Shown here in pieces: positions 21,297 through 34,489 of a stretch of DNA of 64,000 nucleotides (positions are counted from its first letter, which is position 1; every line of letters starts with the position of its first letter). The stretch is taken from the NCBI GenBank assembly GCA_964035575.1, contig OZ037841.1, positions 930,001-994,000 of the forward strand, in the 5' to 3' direction. Made by a program: the position numbers and the translations under genes. Source of the stretch: Rhynchopus sp. YZ270_cl-10 (taxonomy: Eukaryota). A model generated the notes under the pieces. That model had not been told where the DNA came from. It ran no database searches and saw nothing but the letters and a program-made list of their open reading frames with translations.

Positions 21297-22860
21297 CTAC
21301 CAAATCACCCTATCATCCAGCGTGGTGTAGGGTATCAAGTACTTGATTTCTGTCAAGTACTTGATCAATCTTCAAGTACTTGACTGTCATTTTGAGAGGA
21401 AAAAAAAGGGGGGTCAAGTACTTCAAGTACCATAAAAAATCCGAAAAAAGTACTTCAAGTACTTTGGACATCCATGAACGATGGGATGCAAAAATATATT
21501 TTCGCAAACGAAAACAATCAGAAATACCTCGTGTGCTGTCTGTAAAGTATCCCAAAAATCTTATCATTTAAAGAGGCGTTTGCACTTTCAACTTCTCTTT
21601 TGGTGATATTTGTTGGGTGCTTAGAAAATACCCCCCCCCCCCCCCCCCCAGCTCTTAGGCTGGGGGCGAATTGTTGACCACAAATTCCTTCTCCTCCCAG
21701 CGTGTTCACAGCACGATACCGATAGTGGTAAACCAAGATGTGTTTGTGTGTCAGAGAGAGGCACATGCATCTTTCAAATTTTATTCTCTTTTATCTTTTC
21801 TTTTCTTTTTCTTTTTAAAAAACCCCTCACGTGGCAGACCAGAGGTTTTCGTATTTTGTGTCTGTCCCAGTCTCAGCCACACTCTCGGCAATGCTTATGT
21901 ACCTGCATAACAACCTTCCTCGTGGCAGATGCATGCCTTCTTTTTTTTTGTGGTGGTAACTGTGTGTTACATTTTTCATACCAATGAAGTGCTCTCTGGG
22001 GGTTTGATAACCCGCGGAGAACCATGTGCCTGCTGTTCGCCGGTGTACGGTGATGCGTCTTGCACTTTCAACTTCTTTTGTATCCGTCTCAATCTCTTGT
22101 CACACTCTTGAGAGAGGTGTGCTGTTAGTTCCTGGGGCCGTTATTTATTTTTTCCCCCAACAAAAAGAAGTATAGTGAAGCATCATTCGGGTGTCTGCAC
22201 TAATACAAATACGTTTTCAAAAAAAAAGGGATGCCAAATCTGAGTAGTCAGAACCCCACCTCCGTTGGGTGGGGTTTGAATCGCCGATCGAAACAAAATA
22301 AAAAGGTGACCGTCCCCCCTCTCCCCTCCCCCCATTTTTAGCACGTTGCGTTAACTAGGGGGAAAAAATGGCATGTTACCCGAGGCCACATGGTCATCGT
22401 GTTTGGCAAGCAAGGGTGTGGGTGGTTCTGAGCAGAGTATGGTGCCAGTGGACTATGAACACCATGTAACATCACCTCCAACATAGCGCACCTGACCCTT
22501 GAAACGCTTCGAGCGGGGACATGGTTAGCCACCTTGGAAAGCTGCACTACTTTTGTGCAGTAGGGTGTCTAGTGTGAAGTGCATGGAAAAAAACAGGGGA
22601 GATGGCTTTCTCTTGCATCAGGCCGTACCGTTAACCGCAATAGGTCTCCTAGGCTAAAAGCCTCTGGCCGACAGAACAATGTAGGTAAGGGAACGTCAGG
22701 ACCAACATCACCACCAATCACCACCCCATCAGGAAGCCCGGGAAGGGTATCTTCTTTTCCCCCCCACCCAAACCCCTCCCCCCACCCCAAACCCCTCCTC
22801 CCCCCACTCCCCCCCACTCCCCTCCTCCCTCTCTTTTCTCCTTCTCTTTAATTCTTTACA

Positions 22861-25800
22861 ATGGTAAGGTACGCGCATGTTTTAGTTACTTTCCCAAAAA
22901 TCTGGGAAGACTTTGTCGAGGTGAAATGGGAGCGGGAGTTATTAGACGGGACCGGGTTGAAGAGATTCCATTTAGTGGCAACGTCAGATGATTACAGCGT
23001 TGAAAGGCTTTTTGATGTGAAGGAAAGCAGATACCGGTTGGTCGGGTTGAAGCCAGGGTCTACAGTGAAGGTGGCGATTCGCGCTCAACTCGAAGGAGAT
23101 GAATGGGGGAATTGGTGTACTTCATCTGCTACATTGCATGCTTCAGTTGACGTCAGTGTTGGCATGGTGGGGCCAGACTTTATTCACGGAAATTTTGCAT
23201 GGGGTGCCCAAACTGAATCATCTGACACCCACAACTGGATGCAAGCGGTTGGTTTTCATCTTAGAGTTCGCCAAAAAGAGCATGTTTTAAGCACCTCACT
23301 ATGCGACCAAGAACTGAAGGCGAACCAAAGAGAGTTTGCAGTTCGTGGATTGGAAAGCGATGGGGTGTTTAACGTTCAGGTCCGCGCCGTGTCGCAGTAT
23401 GGCGATATCGGGAAGTGGTCGGAGGTTACCAGATTCTTAACGCTAGGAAACGTTGAGGTAAGCATTGTTGAGGTGGGCGAAGACTACGCTGTGGCATGGT
23501 GGGGCAGACAAGGTGAGGACGTCGGCTCGCTCCCCCCCTCCTTGGGCTCCAGAACCTCCATCGAACAGTTTGCACTTCGTCTAGAACTAGCACCTTCTCA
23601 AAGACAACTCCTCTCCAACCCAAACGCTCAACCCTGCATCGTAACTGAAGAGGTTTTCACTGGAGTAGTATCATCAAAGAAACTGCAAGGACTTCTTTCA
23701 GGGCGGATCTATATCATATGGTCAAGACAACTAAACATTCAGGGCGATTGGTCGCCATGGGGTTTCACAAAGTTTAGGACAATGTGTAGTACATCTATGG
23801 TCACTGTTCAATCCGTTTCTGACAGTTTTTTGCTCTTCTCTTGGGAGCAGGACAAAGGAGAACCTATACAAGAAGGAGTCGATGTCATCGCAGACGCAGC
23901 GATTGTGAACTGGCAGGTTCGTTGCATCAATATGGAGTCCAATGAAGAATCATGCGTTATCCTCCCAGAGAACGAAGCCTCTACGAGAATCATTAATCTT
24001 CCACATTCTACGGAATTCAGTTTGGCGGTTCGATCCAAAAACACTTATGGAAAATGGGGACCTTGGGCGGAACCGACCTATGTCAGTACACTATCACCTC
24101 TGCAGGTTCATGTAGATGCGGTAGGGGAAGGGTGGCTCAAATTGAATTGGTCGAGAAAGGATAAGCGACACTACGATGACAGCGTGGTACGCTATCATGT
24201 CCAGGTCTCTGCTGCCAACACCACCTTTAGGCTGTCGAAGTACTTTCCCGCAGATGCCGTGGAGCATCGTTTCGAAGATCTGTCCCCTTCAACGGAATAC
24301 CGGGTAAGCGTGCAGGCTTGCATTGGGGATAGATGGCAAGCATGGTCGGAGGCGATTCCGGTAAAGACTGCAGGGCCTGCAGAGGTTCATTTGGTAAGGA
24401 GAGGAGAGGATTTTATTCAAATCCGGTGGACCTCAGAATTCTATGAGCTCAACGGAATTGATACTCTGGATCAGCGTTATCAGCTCAAAATTTTGCGTCT
24501 TTCTGATGAAGAGAACCTCCTCAAAAAAACCGACCCCGCCGTCCTTCAAGAGTTCTCGAATGTCTCGGGCTACCGTGTCACCAAGCTCAAACCATCTTCT
24601 CGGGTTTCAATCCAGGTTCGTGCATACAACGCACCGCAAGCCAAATGGGGTTCATGGTGTGTACCGCGTACCCTGTCTACTTTGCCTAGTGTAATTTCTT
24701 TTACGATGGTGGGGGAGACGTGCTTTGAGGTGGCGTGGCAGCGGAAACCGCGTACTGTTTCTGCGGTGGACGATCAGGTTCCGGTGAGCGATGATCCGCT
24801 TGCCCCGGCTGAGGCGGTGATGTATATTTTGAGGATAAACGAACTGAGCTCTGACGGAACTTCAAGCCCGCTTGAGAAATACCACTTCACCGACGAAGAC
24901 AAACCCTTCTTCATTGTCGAAGGGTTGGAACCAAGCCACCGCTACTCCGCACAGCTCTGCACCGCAGATGGACAACAAACCTGGTCTCCTTGGAGCGCCC
25001 CAGCATTAGTCACCATGATGCCCCCTTTGAAAATCACGGTCCTAGAGCTGGGCGAAGATTACTGTACCATGAAATGGTCTCGCGAAGCAGGATGTGACGG
25101 AAACGTAGAACACGATGCTCTAGATACTAAATACCGCATTGCAGCGACAGCATTGACATTAGACAGCAACAACGGAGCGGTGGCGGGGGCACAACTCAAA
25201 TACCACGTTGACGGAGACACAGAGTTTACTCTTCGCCATCTCCATCCGGACACAAGCTACCGTCTTAGTATCAGCGCATATCCGAATAAGACGAATGTAT
25301 GGGGAGTATGGTCGGAAGCGGTTTATATCAGAAGCAACGCATCGATAGAGGTGGAGTTAGATGCAGTAGGGGAAGATTATGCGCATGTGTCGTGGAGAAG
25401 GACGCCACCGTCGGCGGATCTCGCAAAATTGCATCCGTGCTGTGAGATAATTCATTTAGGTAGTGCGGCGCATCTGAACCCAACTGCGGTGGAGTTAAAA
25501 AGGATTCAGGATACGTCGATGGAGGCGGTGATTCGGAACAATTTGAAGCCATATCCACTTCATGTGGCGGATGCGTCGATTACACAGTTTAATGTCAAAG
25601 CGTTCAGTGTAGAGTACGCCGACGACGCTGCTGAAACCAAGCGAACGTTAGAATACGAATCCTTCCTCCCTTTCGAAAGCACCACGCTGCGCATTCCTCA
25701 CCTCCGTCCGAACAGCCACTATGAGGTCCTCGCGTGCTCATGCAATCCTCGAGGGGAGTGGGGTGTCCTCTCTGCGGCGCTTGCCCTGAGAACCACTATG

Positions 25801-28800
25801 CCAACGGAAATCGCGGTTCGAGAGATCACCCACTCCCATATCAGTGTGCGTTGGGGTCGTGGGGTGGTCTCCGAAAACCAAACCACCGGGGCCGCAGCAC
25901 CAACCGAGATAGCATCTGCCTGCGACAGCAAACGCGAGGTAGCAGACCTCGTTGAAAAATACCTTCTCAAAGTGGTTGGCCCCGACGACGACTACTGCAA
26001 GGAGATTACCATTCCTGGAGACACAATGGCCTATGACATACACTGTCTTTCGATCAACTGTTGCTACTCAATTTCGGTGAAGGCGTTGACAGAAGGGCAA
26101 TGGGGGCATTGGTCTAACCCAATATTTGTTGCAATCCGCGCAATCCGGGTACGATTAGTAGAAACTTCGCAAGATTGGTTGAAATTGAGTTGGCATAACA
26201 AAGCAATTCCGGATGGAAGACCTAGAGAGCAGTTTATTACCCTCATTGGAAACGCCAGGGCAACAACGAAAACACTTCCTTCTGGCAGCGACACAGAATA
26301 TGTTTTCACAGAACTCAGCCCATTAACAGTCTATTCTGTACATCTCCTCTGTGTCGAGCAGGTACCCTCCTATGTTAAGAAGGGTGGTTGGGTTGGGCGA
26401 GGAGAGGACGGTGATGTGTCGTCCCTTCCAGAAGCAGGACGTCCAACGGATACGGGGATAACCATAGCGTTGCCGCTGACCGCTGCGGATTATTCCTCCT
26501 TTTACACAGACAGTTGTTCGTTTTCTACTCTTGCGAACATCGCGTTGGAGGTGTCCAACGTAGGGGAAAACTTTGTGACAGTACTATGGAGCCGTGAAGT
26601 GCATGCCCACGCTGCAGAGGTTCAACGCGAAAAGGACGCAGATTACGAAGTCTTCTGCTGTGCCCTTGACGGCAGCCCCCCATTTGAATTCAAAAAAAAA
26701 GTTCGCGGTACCGAAACCACCCTAACCGGGCTACCATACAACTCCCTCTTCGAACTTCGAGTACGCAAAGTCAGTCTATTAACAAGCGCATACAGCCGTG
26801 CTGTGACGGTGCAAACGTTAGATAAGGTTCGCGTACATCTCGGCCCCCCTGGTGTTTCTTCCGACGAGCTTGAAACGCAGATCGGTGTAGGGGAGGATTT
26901 TTTATTGTTGAATTGGGTGCGTGGTGCAGGGAAGCCTGCGTCGCACACTTCTTTTGTAGTGCGGTGCGAAGTGGTCGATGGAGAAGGCGCGCTTCTCCAG
27001 GACGCTGAAGAAACCCCGACACGCGAGACCAACACAAAACTCACCGATCTCAAACCGGACACCCGCTACCGCGTCTCTGTACGCAGCATAATCGACGACG
27101 AAGGAATCGCACGACATGGTGAATGGAGTGATGGCATCACCCTTTGCACCCTCTCCCCGATGCACGTCCGTGTAGTTGGGGTTACCGAAGAAACAGCGGA
27201 GGTTCGTTGGCTTCGTAAAGGGGAGATTCATGGGGAAACACCGTCAATTCATACGATCAGTTCGTACCACCTCAAAATCCATTCGATTCCGAAGAATGAT
27301 TCCGAAGAGGTTGTTGTGCTAGATGAACGGCAGCTCCTCGAAACGCACCCAGAGTTTGTCTCCAGAAGCATTCGACTGACCGGACTCAAGCCGAACCACT
27401 CCTACACCACAATCGTCCGCGCCTCAACAGAAAACTCCTGGGGTGCCTGGAGCACCGGGATCACCTTCACCACCCTTCCCCTTATGGGGTTGAACGTTAA
27501 CCTCGTTGGGGAGGAATGCATATTCATTTCTTGGGCGAGACAGCTTAATGCAAAGAGAAGGTCAACGAGGGAGGTGGAGACGGCGGATGCGGTGGAGCTG
27601 GCGGAGGTGGCAACCTGCGAGCTGTCGGTGTCGACGGTGGGGAAGGACCGGGTGCACTTCAGCCGCCGCCTTCCTGCTTCGCCTAGCCACTATCGTCTCG
27701 AGGATTTGACGCCGAACATGCAGTACTCCTTTAGCCTGCGGCCTTGCTACACCTCTGGAGAGTATGGCATATGGTGCGATGAAATCTACTGCTGCACGTT
27801 GGCGCCGATTACAGTTGAAGTGAGCCGAATTGGAGAGACATTTGTGCATGTGCAATGGTCACGTGCTCCACAACAACGCATTGCTGCCCGTCTCCGCGAA
27901 CAACATTCGCAACAGCAAAGAGACTTCGAGACACAGCAGAGGAAGCTTCAGGATGAGATAGAGGCGTTGCGTGTGGGTATAGACGATGGGGGTGCGTTTG
28001 AGACGCAGTTTTTGTCGAATCAGGGGGGTGGTGGTGGGGGTGGAGGCCAGCCTGCGCTCACCCCTGTCGCATCGAACAACAAGCTTGAGCAAATGCTCTG
28101 CATGCAACAGCAGCAGCAGCAGAAGCAGCAGCACCTTGCCAAGCTCCAGGACCTGCAGCTCCTCGAGCTTGAGCGGGTGACACGCTACCCAGACGGAGAG
28201 GACACCCGCTACGAAGTGGTCATCATGGGCAGTGGGGTATGTTCCTGGATGTATTATCTTTTCTACCCCCGTTCACGGTATTGGGGATCTTTTTACACCT
28301 TCTGTTGTTGGCCGCAGGGTGTGCTTTTATCCGGGGTTGGTATTGTACGGTGGGTCAGTTGGAAGTGTGCCTGCATCGGAACTACCATTTTTCTTTTGTG
28401 ACTGCAACAGTGTTTGTCTATACCGGGACACGCTTTTTTTTTGGGGTGTAAAATAAACGCAGGAGGCTTAGGTTCTTCCAACTGCTTCCCATATTGGAGA
28501 ATTTTTCCAAAATAGCTTGTTTTGTCACGAGCGGGCTTTGTATTTCAAGTCAACTTTTTTGTGTAGAGTAATCTGCTATCCATTCTCCATTCTCCCCCAC
28601 CACCCCCTCCCTCCTCCTCAGGCCAACGACGACAGCGCTGATGAGGACCGGGACAAATCGAAGCCTTTTTCGTTCCGGAGGCGTATTAATTGCAGTGAGG
28701 GGAAGGAAGGGGAGAGCCGCACTTGCAAGATGGACGGCCTGCAGCCACACGCATGCTACACCGTGCGGGCCCGCGCGATGTACGGCAACGGCTACAACGT

Positions 28801-31243
28801 GGCGCAGCTCGCCAGCCCAGACGCCTCTGTGGACACACGGTCGATCCTCCCCACAGCCGAGGAGCGCGAACGGGAACGCCAAGAAGCAGCCGACCAACTC
28901 CTCTGGGGCGCCTGGTCTGCCAATGCAGAGCTCTGCACCCTCAAGCAGATCTCCCTTCGCGTCCGCGGCATCGGCTCCACCCACTGTGTCGTAGACTGGG
29001 ACACCGGGTACGCTACCGGCGACGCAGCGACCGCAATCTCACAATACCAACTCATGGTCGCAGAACGCGACAAAAAGAAGGGAAAACCATGCCAAGACAT
29101 TATTGTCGGCAATTCTCACACCCTAACCTGGACGGTAGTAGGGCTCCAGGTGAATACGCAATATACGATCACGGTGAGGGTGTGTTATGATGATGATCGG
29201 TGGGGGTTGTGGAGCAATGCCATCGCGTTTTTAACGTTGCCTGCATTGAGTGCAAGGGTGACTGATGTGGCGGAGACGGGGGTGAGTGTTCTGGTGTGGC
29301 GTGAGGTGCAGAAGGTGAACGACCCGGCGTTGCTGGTGTGGCGGCAGAAGCAGAGCGAGTTGCAGCTCTCGATCAACAACATCCCGTCCCCTTCGACCTT
29401 CAAGCTAGACCTAGATACCTCGACGCTGCTCAGCCTAGACGATCTTGCCCTAGACTCACTCTACCAAGTCAAGTCCCGCGAAATTGACGCAAACGCAGAA
29501 TGGCGTGAATGGCAGCAAGTGGTCGAGTTCGAAACCCTCTCCGCAGCCCCCTCAAAACCAACCCTCGACGAACGGAGAGGAAATGTGATCACACTTTCAT
29601 GGAATCAGAGGCAGAACCGTGAGACTGTCAACTATCTATACAGGGTATGAATTGGGTGCTTTTTTTTTTGCTAACCATCGGTATTATTTTGAGCGAGAGG
29701 ACCAACCACGGACCCTACGCCAGGCCTCATAACCCTGGGTCTCCAATGATACCCGCTCATCTGACCGATAAGCGGAAGTGAGAGTAGCACACATATCAGA
29801 TGTAAACCGGATATTATAAACGGATATTAGGACTGCATGGTTGGTGGTCCACCCCTGTATTTCTTTGGGTTCATCTTGTCTTTAGGAAGAGACAATCCCA
29901 TCCCCACACACTGCCATATTCTGCGCAAGAATTACCTTTACTAGTTATCAAACCACACACAACACACAACACACAGGTCGAGATGGCGTACACTAACGGC
30001 GCCAAGGGTAAGACCGCATCAAGCGTGGGCAACAGCGCCTTCCAGCCGGTGGGCTTCCTGCGGCAGGACTCACTACGCCTAGAGCTGACGGAGCCTGTGC
30101 ACCGCTGCCTCTTCCGCGTGAAGGTCTGCAAGGAGCACCAACGGTTAGAAGGGGCTGTCAGTGAGGAGGATGCCGAGGTATGGCAAACACTCTGCACTCT
30201 TTCATTTGCCTAGAGCAAAGGTTGACTAAGCATGGAGAGGCTTGAGCGTCTTGTTAGCCCCCTTCTTTCTTTGGTTATGAGCGTGAGGGCTCATTCAATT
30301 GACGGCTTTGATCTCGTTTTGTCTGGGGTGAGGAAGTGTTCACCATTACAACCTCTCCCCATTTTTTTTACGTTGGCGAGTTTTTACTTCCCGAGAATCA
30401 GCAGAGTGTGTACGTTCAGATTTTATTCTCTTTACCCTGCAGTTTTTCCAAGAATGTACGTATTATTCACCCAGTTGATACAAAGTGATTTGTTGGTAAT
30501 AACAAAGCCTTAATCATTTCACAGCAAAGGCAATACCACCTCTCTCTCTCCCTTAACAGGATGGATACCTCTGGTCACAGTACAGCCCTGTGGCACATTT
30601 CCTTGCCCCGTCTGTCCCGCAGCCGCCGACGTCCTTGAAGATTGTGAATCTACGTGACACCTGCGCTGTTGTGAAATGGCGCAAACCAGACAACTTCCGC
30701 AGCCACGCGAACCTAGTCTACAAGGTGTACCTCAGCTCAGGCTACCAGGACCGCCCCGCCTGTCTAGGCACCACCACCAAATGCGCCTTCCGCATGGACG
30801 ACCTGATGCCGAACACACACTACAGGGTGGGGTGCACTGCCGAGAGTTCGATGGGGGTGTCGCAGAACAACCACGTTCTGCACTTTAGTACGAGGGTGCT
30901 GTCGGGGCAGGGGCCGCTGCATGGGCCGTGCGAGAACCCAACGTCATCGACGTTGCCTCCGAGGAACGGCCTGCGGCTGCCTTTGTCGCAGGATCCGAAT
31001 CGATTGGGTGTCGGGTTGGGGTCGACCTGTCCGTCGCCTTCTGCGATGTCGGGGATGCAAAGCGGTGCGGCGTCGCTGGCAGGTTCGCCTGCGGGGTCAC
31101 GTGTGCCACGTAGCGCAACAAAAGCTGCCTACTCTCCCGCCTCCTCAACATACCCACCAGCGGACAGAGGCGGTGCAGGAGCAGCTGCGCAGAGACATCC
31201 TAGGTTCCTCCCACCAATGCAGTCGCCGCAGTCTGCGTTTTAA
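22861..31243 (+). CDS. Giant fibronectin type III repeat protein, ~2427 aa, 4 exons
   Basis: Exons 22861-28236, 28622-29644, 29977-30177, 30560-31243, all GTATG..CAG introns and in phase. About 20 FN3-type units (VGEDxxxxxW ... LxPxTxYxVxVRA ... WGxWS). No obvious signal peptide or TM helix. Confidence 0.9.
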
Positions 31244-32557
31244 AAGCTCGAAATGGATGTAGTACTGCATTGGGGGGTCCACCCGGGTCCACCCCACGGT
31301 ACACCGGTCATATGTACGAAGGTACACTGTCAACGAGAGGCTGTTGTATTTCAAGTCAACTTTTAAAAGGGGAGAGTGAGGATGGGGGGGGAAAAGGGGG
31401 TAATGTGCACACACAGTCGTGCCGCAAGGTGTTGGTTGTGTGATGTTTCTGTTTAGAGGGGAGGAGTGTGCCATTTTGTCTTAAAGATTGTATTGTTGTG
31501 TGCATAAGTTTCTGCATATCGCAAGGTTTCTGTGTGTATTTTTTTTTTTTTTGGAATCTGTGAAGAAAAAAAAACCGTGGCTGCTATCCCGTGATAGTAG
31601 TCTCAAAAATCAAACCATTTTTTTTTCTTTTTTGCTTTTTATCTCTCTTTCTCTGCCCCTCTCTCTCTGGGATGATACCAGTAAATGACGCTTACGCGTG
31701 TTGCTGTCTTCTCTCTCTCGTTCCCTCTCTCCAGCCCCGCCCTACCCCCTTTTAATTTCCCCATTTTTTTTTTTTTTTTTGTCTGGGTATCACAGTTTCT
31801 TATCTTTTCTGAATTATATATTACCCCTTTATTCTCTTTCGGATGTCTCCCTCAAGGTTTTAGTGTTGACAGTTTACTTGCAACGAAATGTGCGTAAAGG
31901 AACTCCCCCGAAAACACATGAGTTGTGCCTGCAATCAATAACTACTATTTTTTTATGAAGGTGGCTTAAAACACAAAAGAGACCGCTTCATCCGATAAAC
32001 TTTTCTTATCCCAAAAATTGGGGTCGATCAGACTAAAGAGGCTTGTTCATTTTTGCAAATAAAAAAAAAACTTCTTTTTCTTCTTCGCCTCTTTTCCCTC
32101 AAACCACGTCGCGTTTTTCAAAGCGCGTGCACTATACATACACTGCTCCATTTACACGAAAGGCAGTTTTCACAGGGAAATGAGCACACACAGACTCTCT
32201 ATTTGCTGAGTCTAGAAGAGAATCTGAAGAGACACGTATCCCCTCCCCCCTCACCACCCCCCCACCCCGAAGTACCTAACCACTGGAGGGCATTTATACT
32301 TACAACAAAAAAAAGGTGACTATCTATTTCTCATATTACTGTCTCCCTCCCTCCCTCTCTCTCCTTCTTCCCCATTCTGCGGCGTTGGGTTCATCAAAAT
32401 GTTGTTTTCGTCCTCTACATTCGTCCCCCTCATCGTAGTACCTCTTTTTCGCGATAAAAGTATTCCTTTCCCTTTTCTGTTTTATCATTTTTTTCATTGC
32501 TGTTCGGGTCTGTTAGGTACTCTCTATCTATCCTCAGATCTCCCCATTCTGCTGCTA

Positions 32558-32672
32558 TCAGATGTAAACCACGAAATGGATGTAGGGCTGCATGGTTGGG
32601 GCGTCCACCTCGCGGTACAGCCGGTCATATACCAAAAGGTACACTGTCAACGAGAGGGCTTTGTATTTCAAC
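32558..32672 (+). repeat. Sense-strand multi-hairpin element, family A (representative full-length copy)
   Basis: Consensus TCAGATGTAAACC.CGAAATGGATTGTAGGACTGCATGGTTGGGGTCCACC..CGGT....GGTCATGTACCAAAGGTACACTGTTCACGAGAGGGCTTTGTATTTCAAGTCAAC + T-tract. Other copies at ~1796-2146 (split by a MITE), 2863-2942, 8821-8861, 8873-9006, 28520-28553, 29797-29862, 31249-31360, 49469-49590, 52405-52512, 52757-52890, 54022-54121, 57761-57845, 57968-58045, 59395-59425, 59740-59780, 60375-60445. All on +. Confidence 0.88.
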
Positions 32673-33169
32673 CCTTCTACGGTATTGGATCAAAATGTTG
32701 GAGAGCTTTCTGCGGATTTAGAGGGTGTGTCCCTAGGGGGTGGGTATGGGATGTGGGTTGTGAGGTGGGGGGGATGTGTGATACCGGGGTGATGGTCTGC
32801 CCACACCACTGTGTGTTAATGGATGTTGCGGTGGTTTCGATGATGTGTGTACCCTGGGCAGCGTTGTAAGAAATGTGGTCGTGTTTCGGTAGCGATGGTG
32901 TGCAGCATGGTGCCAGCGTAGTGGGGGGGATTATGTGATTCGCGATATGTGGGGTGGGTCACATCAAGTCAGCGATGGGCAGCACGGCTCGCGTACTGTT
33001 GGGTCACTCCATCATGTATTGCTGCCGAACGCTGTGCCAGCTGTATGCGGGAAATACAGTCAGTCCTGATGTTGGTGTTCTGTGACTGTCGTTGCCGTGT
33101 TGTGTGGAACGAAAGGGTGGGTGTGGTGTAGTTCTTTTTTTTCTCTTTTTTTTTTTTTGGCTTTCAGGG

Positions 33170-34230
33170 GTGTTCGTTTTTCCGCATGAGAAGGGTGGTG
33201 GTGTCCACGTGTCCATGTGTGTGTTCCAGCCGCAGCAGTCATCCGCCTCGCATACCCTGCAAGGTGTGCGTACGACTCTGTGCTGCAGGAATGTTTTCGT
33301 CGTACCTCAATTCGCACCATCGCCTTGCGGCAATGGCAGCATGTTGGTTACGAGAGGGGAGAGGTGTGGTGAGGTGAGGGTGGTATATGCAGCTCAGACC
33401 GAATGGATACCGGGGTTCCATTGGAAGCGAAAAACGGAGATCGGGGGGTGACAGCCGAATGATAGTGGAGGGCTTGCTTTGTCAACCCTAGGTTGATGCC
33501 GTCCAACCCATCTTTGATCACCGCTGCTGGTGCTCGAGGAGGACGTTGAGGAGGAGTCGTACGCTGTGGTGTACGTGCGAAAAGCCTGTTGGAGTGGCTC
33601 TTCTTTGCACTCACCGTGTAGGAAAAGGCTGACAGCTTTTTCGGCAGCCTTCGCGGTGTTCCTTCTTTTGTGCGAACCACATCCCATACGTACGTCTTCT
33701 TCTGCTTCTCCTCCGATGTTCAGTGCGTTGGTGGCGTGATCGACAACACAGATCCAATGCTCCGTGGACATGCCGAGGGATGTGCAGTACTCCTGGAACT
33801 CGTCCAGCTGCGTGGGCTTCGTCACCTTTCCGTCTTTGTTCGCAGAGACGTGTCTCATTTTGAGCAAGAATAATATCCGTTCTTCAAAGCGACCCGACGC
33901 AGCCAATGTCCCAACACTTTAGCCCTGCAACATAAATTTTGCATGAGGAAGATCTTCGTCCACACCAAAGGACAGAGGTCCACTAAACCATTTGTATTGT
34001 GCTGACTGTGGGACTATCGGCAGCAGAACCTGTCCACATCTCAATCTGGTTCTGCAGGAGCCCTGCACTGTCTACAAGCCTAGACCCAAACTTCGCATGA
34101 GCCACCTCTGCACTTTCAGCAACAGGCCGCCGATGCCCCTTTTTCGCGGTCCCCTCGCTTCCCCTGAACCGAACTCGCTCTCCAGCATCGAAATCGCGCC
34201 TTCAGCTGGTTCTCAGTCTTCACGGAGACA
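33170..34230 (-). pseudogene. Degraded hAT-superfamily transposase fragment
   Basis: One minus frame reads SFGVDE...(stop)...WICVVDHATNA...RMGCGSHKRRNTAK. This matches the hAT order D1, D2 (TDNAxN-like) and CxxH. Stops and frameshifts present. Boundaries approximate. Confidence 0.6.
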
Positions 34231-34489
34231 ATACTTTGACTCCCCCATGATTTATGCTCAATACTCAATGCTTTATGCTTTATGCTGTGCAACAGACCAC
34301 TTTGCGTGACCTGACCTTTATTAGATTCTAAAAAGCCCCCCTTTTTCCACAGAGTCCCCCCTCCCCCCATATACACAACTCACACACAGGACCTGTATCT
34401 GTGGAGCGCGCAGTTCCACGGAGGCAGTGTCCCCGACGGGGGAGCGGGGGACGGGCAGTCGTCACACCCCCCCATCCCCTTAAGCAGAG

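Larger units (their letters stand above)
17873..21327. mobile_element. Nested ~3.45-kb TIR element with TA TSD and long subterminal ACATGATAT arrays
   Basis: Perfect 20-bp TIR CACCACGCTGGATGATAGGG flanked by TA on both sides. The interior lacks an intact long ORF. Confidence 0.85.
17591..21476. mobile_element. TIR DNA transposon (outer element; ~430 bp once the nested insert is removed) with a 6-bp TSD
   Basis: Perfect 26-bp TIR CATGGATGTCCAAAGTACTTGAAGTA. TSD AACGAT at 17585-17590 and 21477-21482. Many TCAAGTACTTGA palindromes. Confidence 0.9.

Noticed and set aside
28237..28621. ORF-track C-termini and non-ATG starts such as 22861-28401, 28517, 39506-39868 and 41249
   Set aside because: They read through into introns. 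GTATG..CAG junctions give phase-consistent spliced models instead.
32584..32640. Family A core (GGTCCACC..CGGT..GGTCA.GTACC) as an HDV-like ribozyme similar to the ingi/L1Tc 77-nt signature
   Set aside because: There is a superficial resemblance to the signature as I recall it. I could not build consistent P1 and P2 pairings across copies. It would need a covariance-model search or a cleavage assay.
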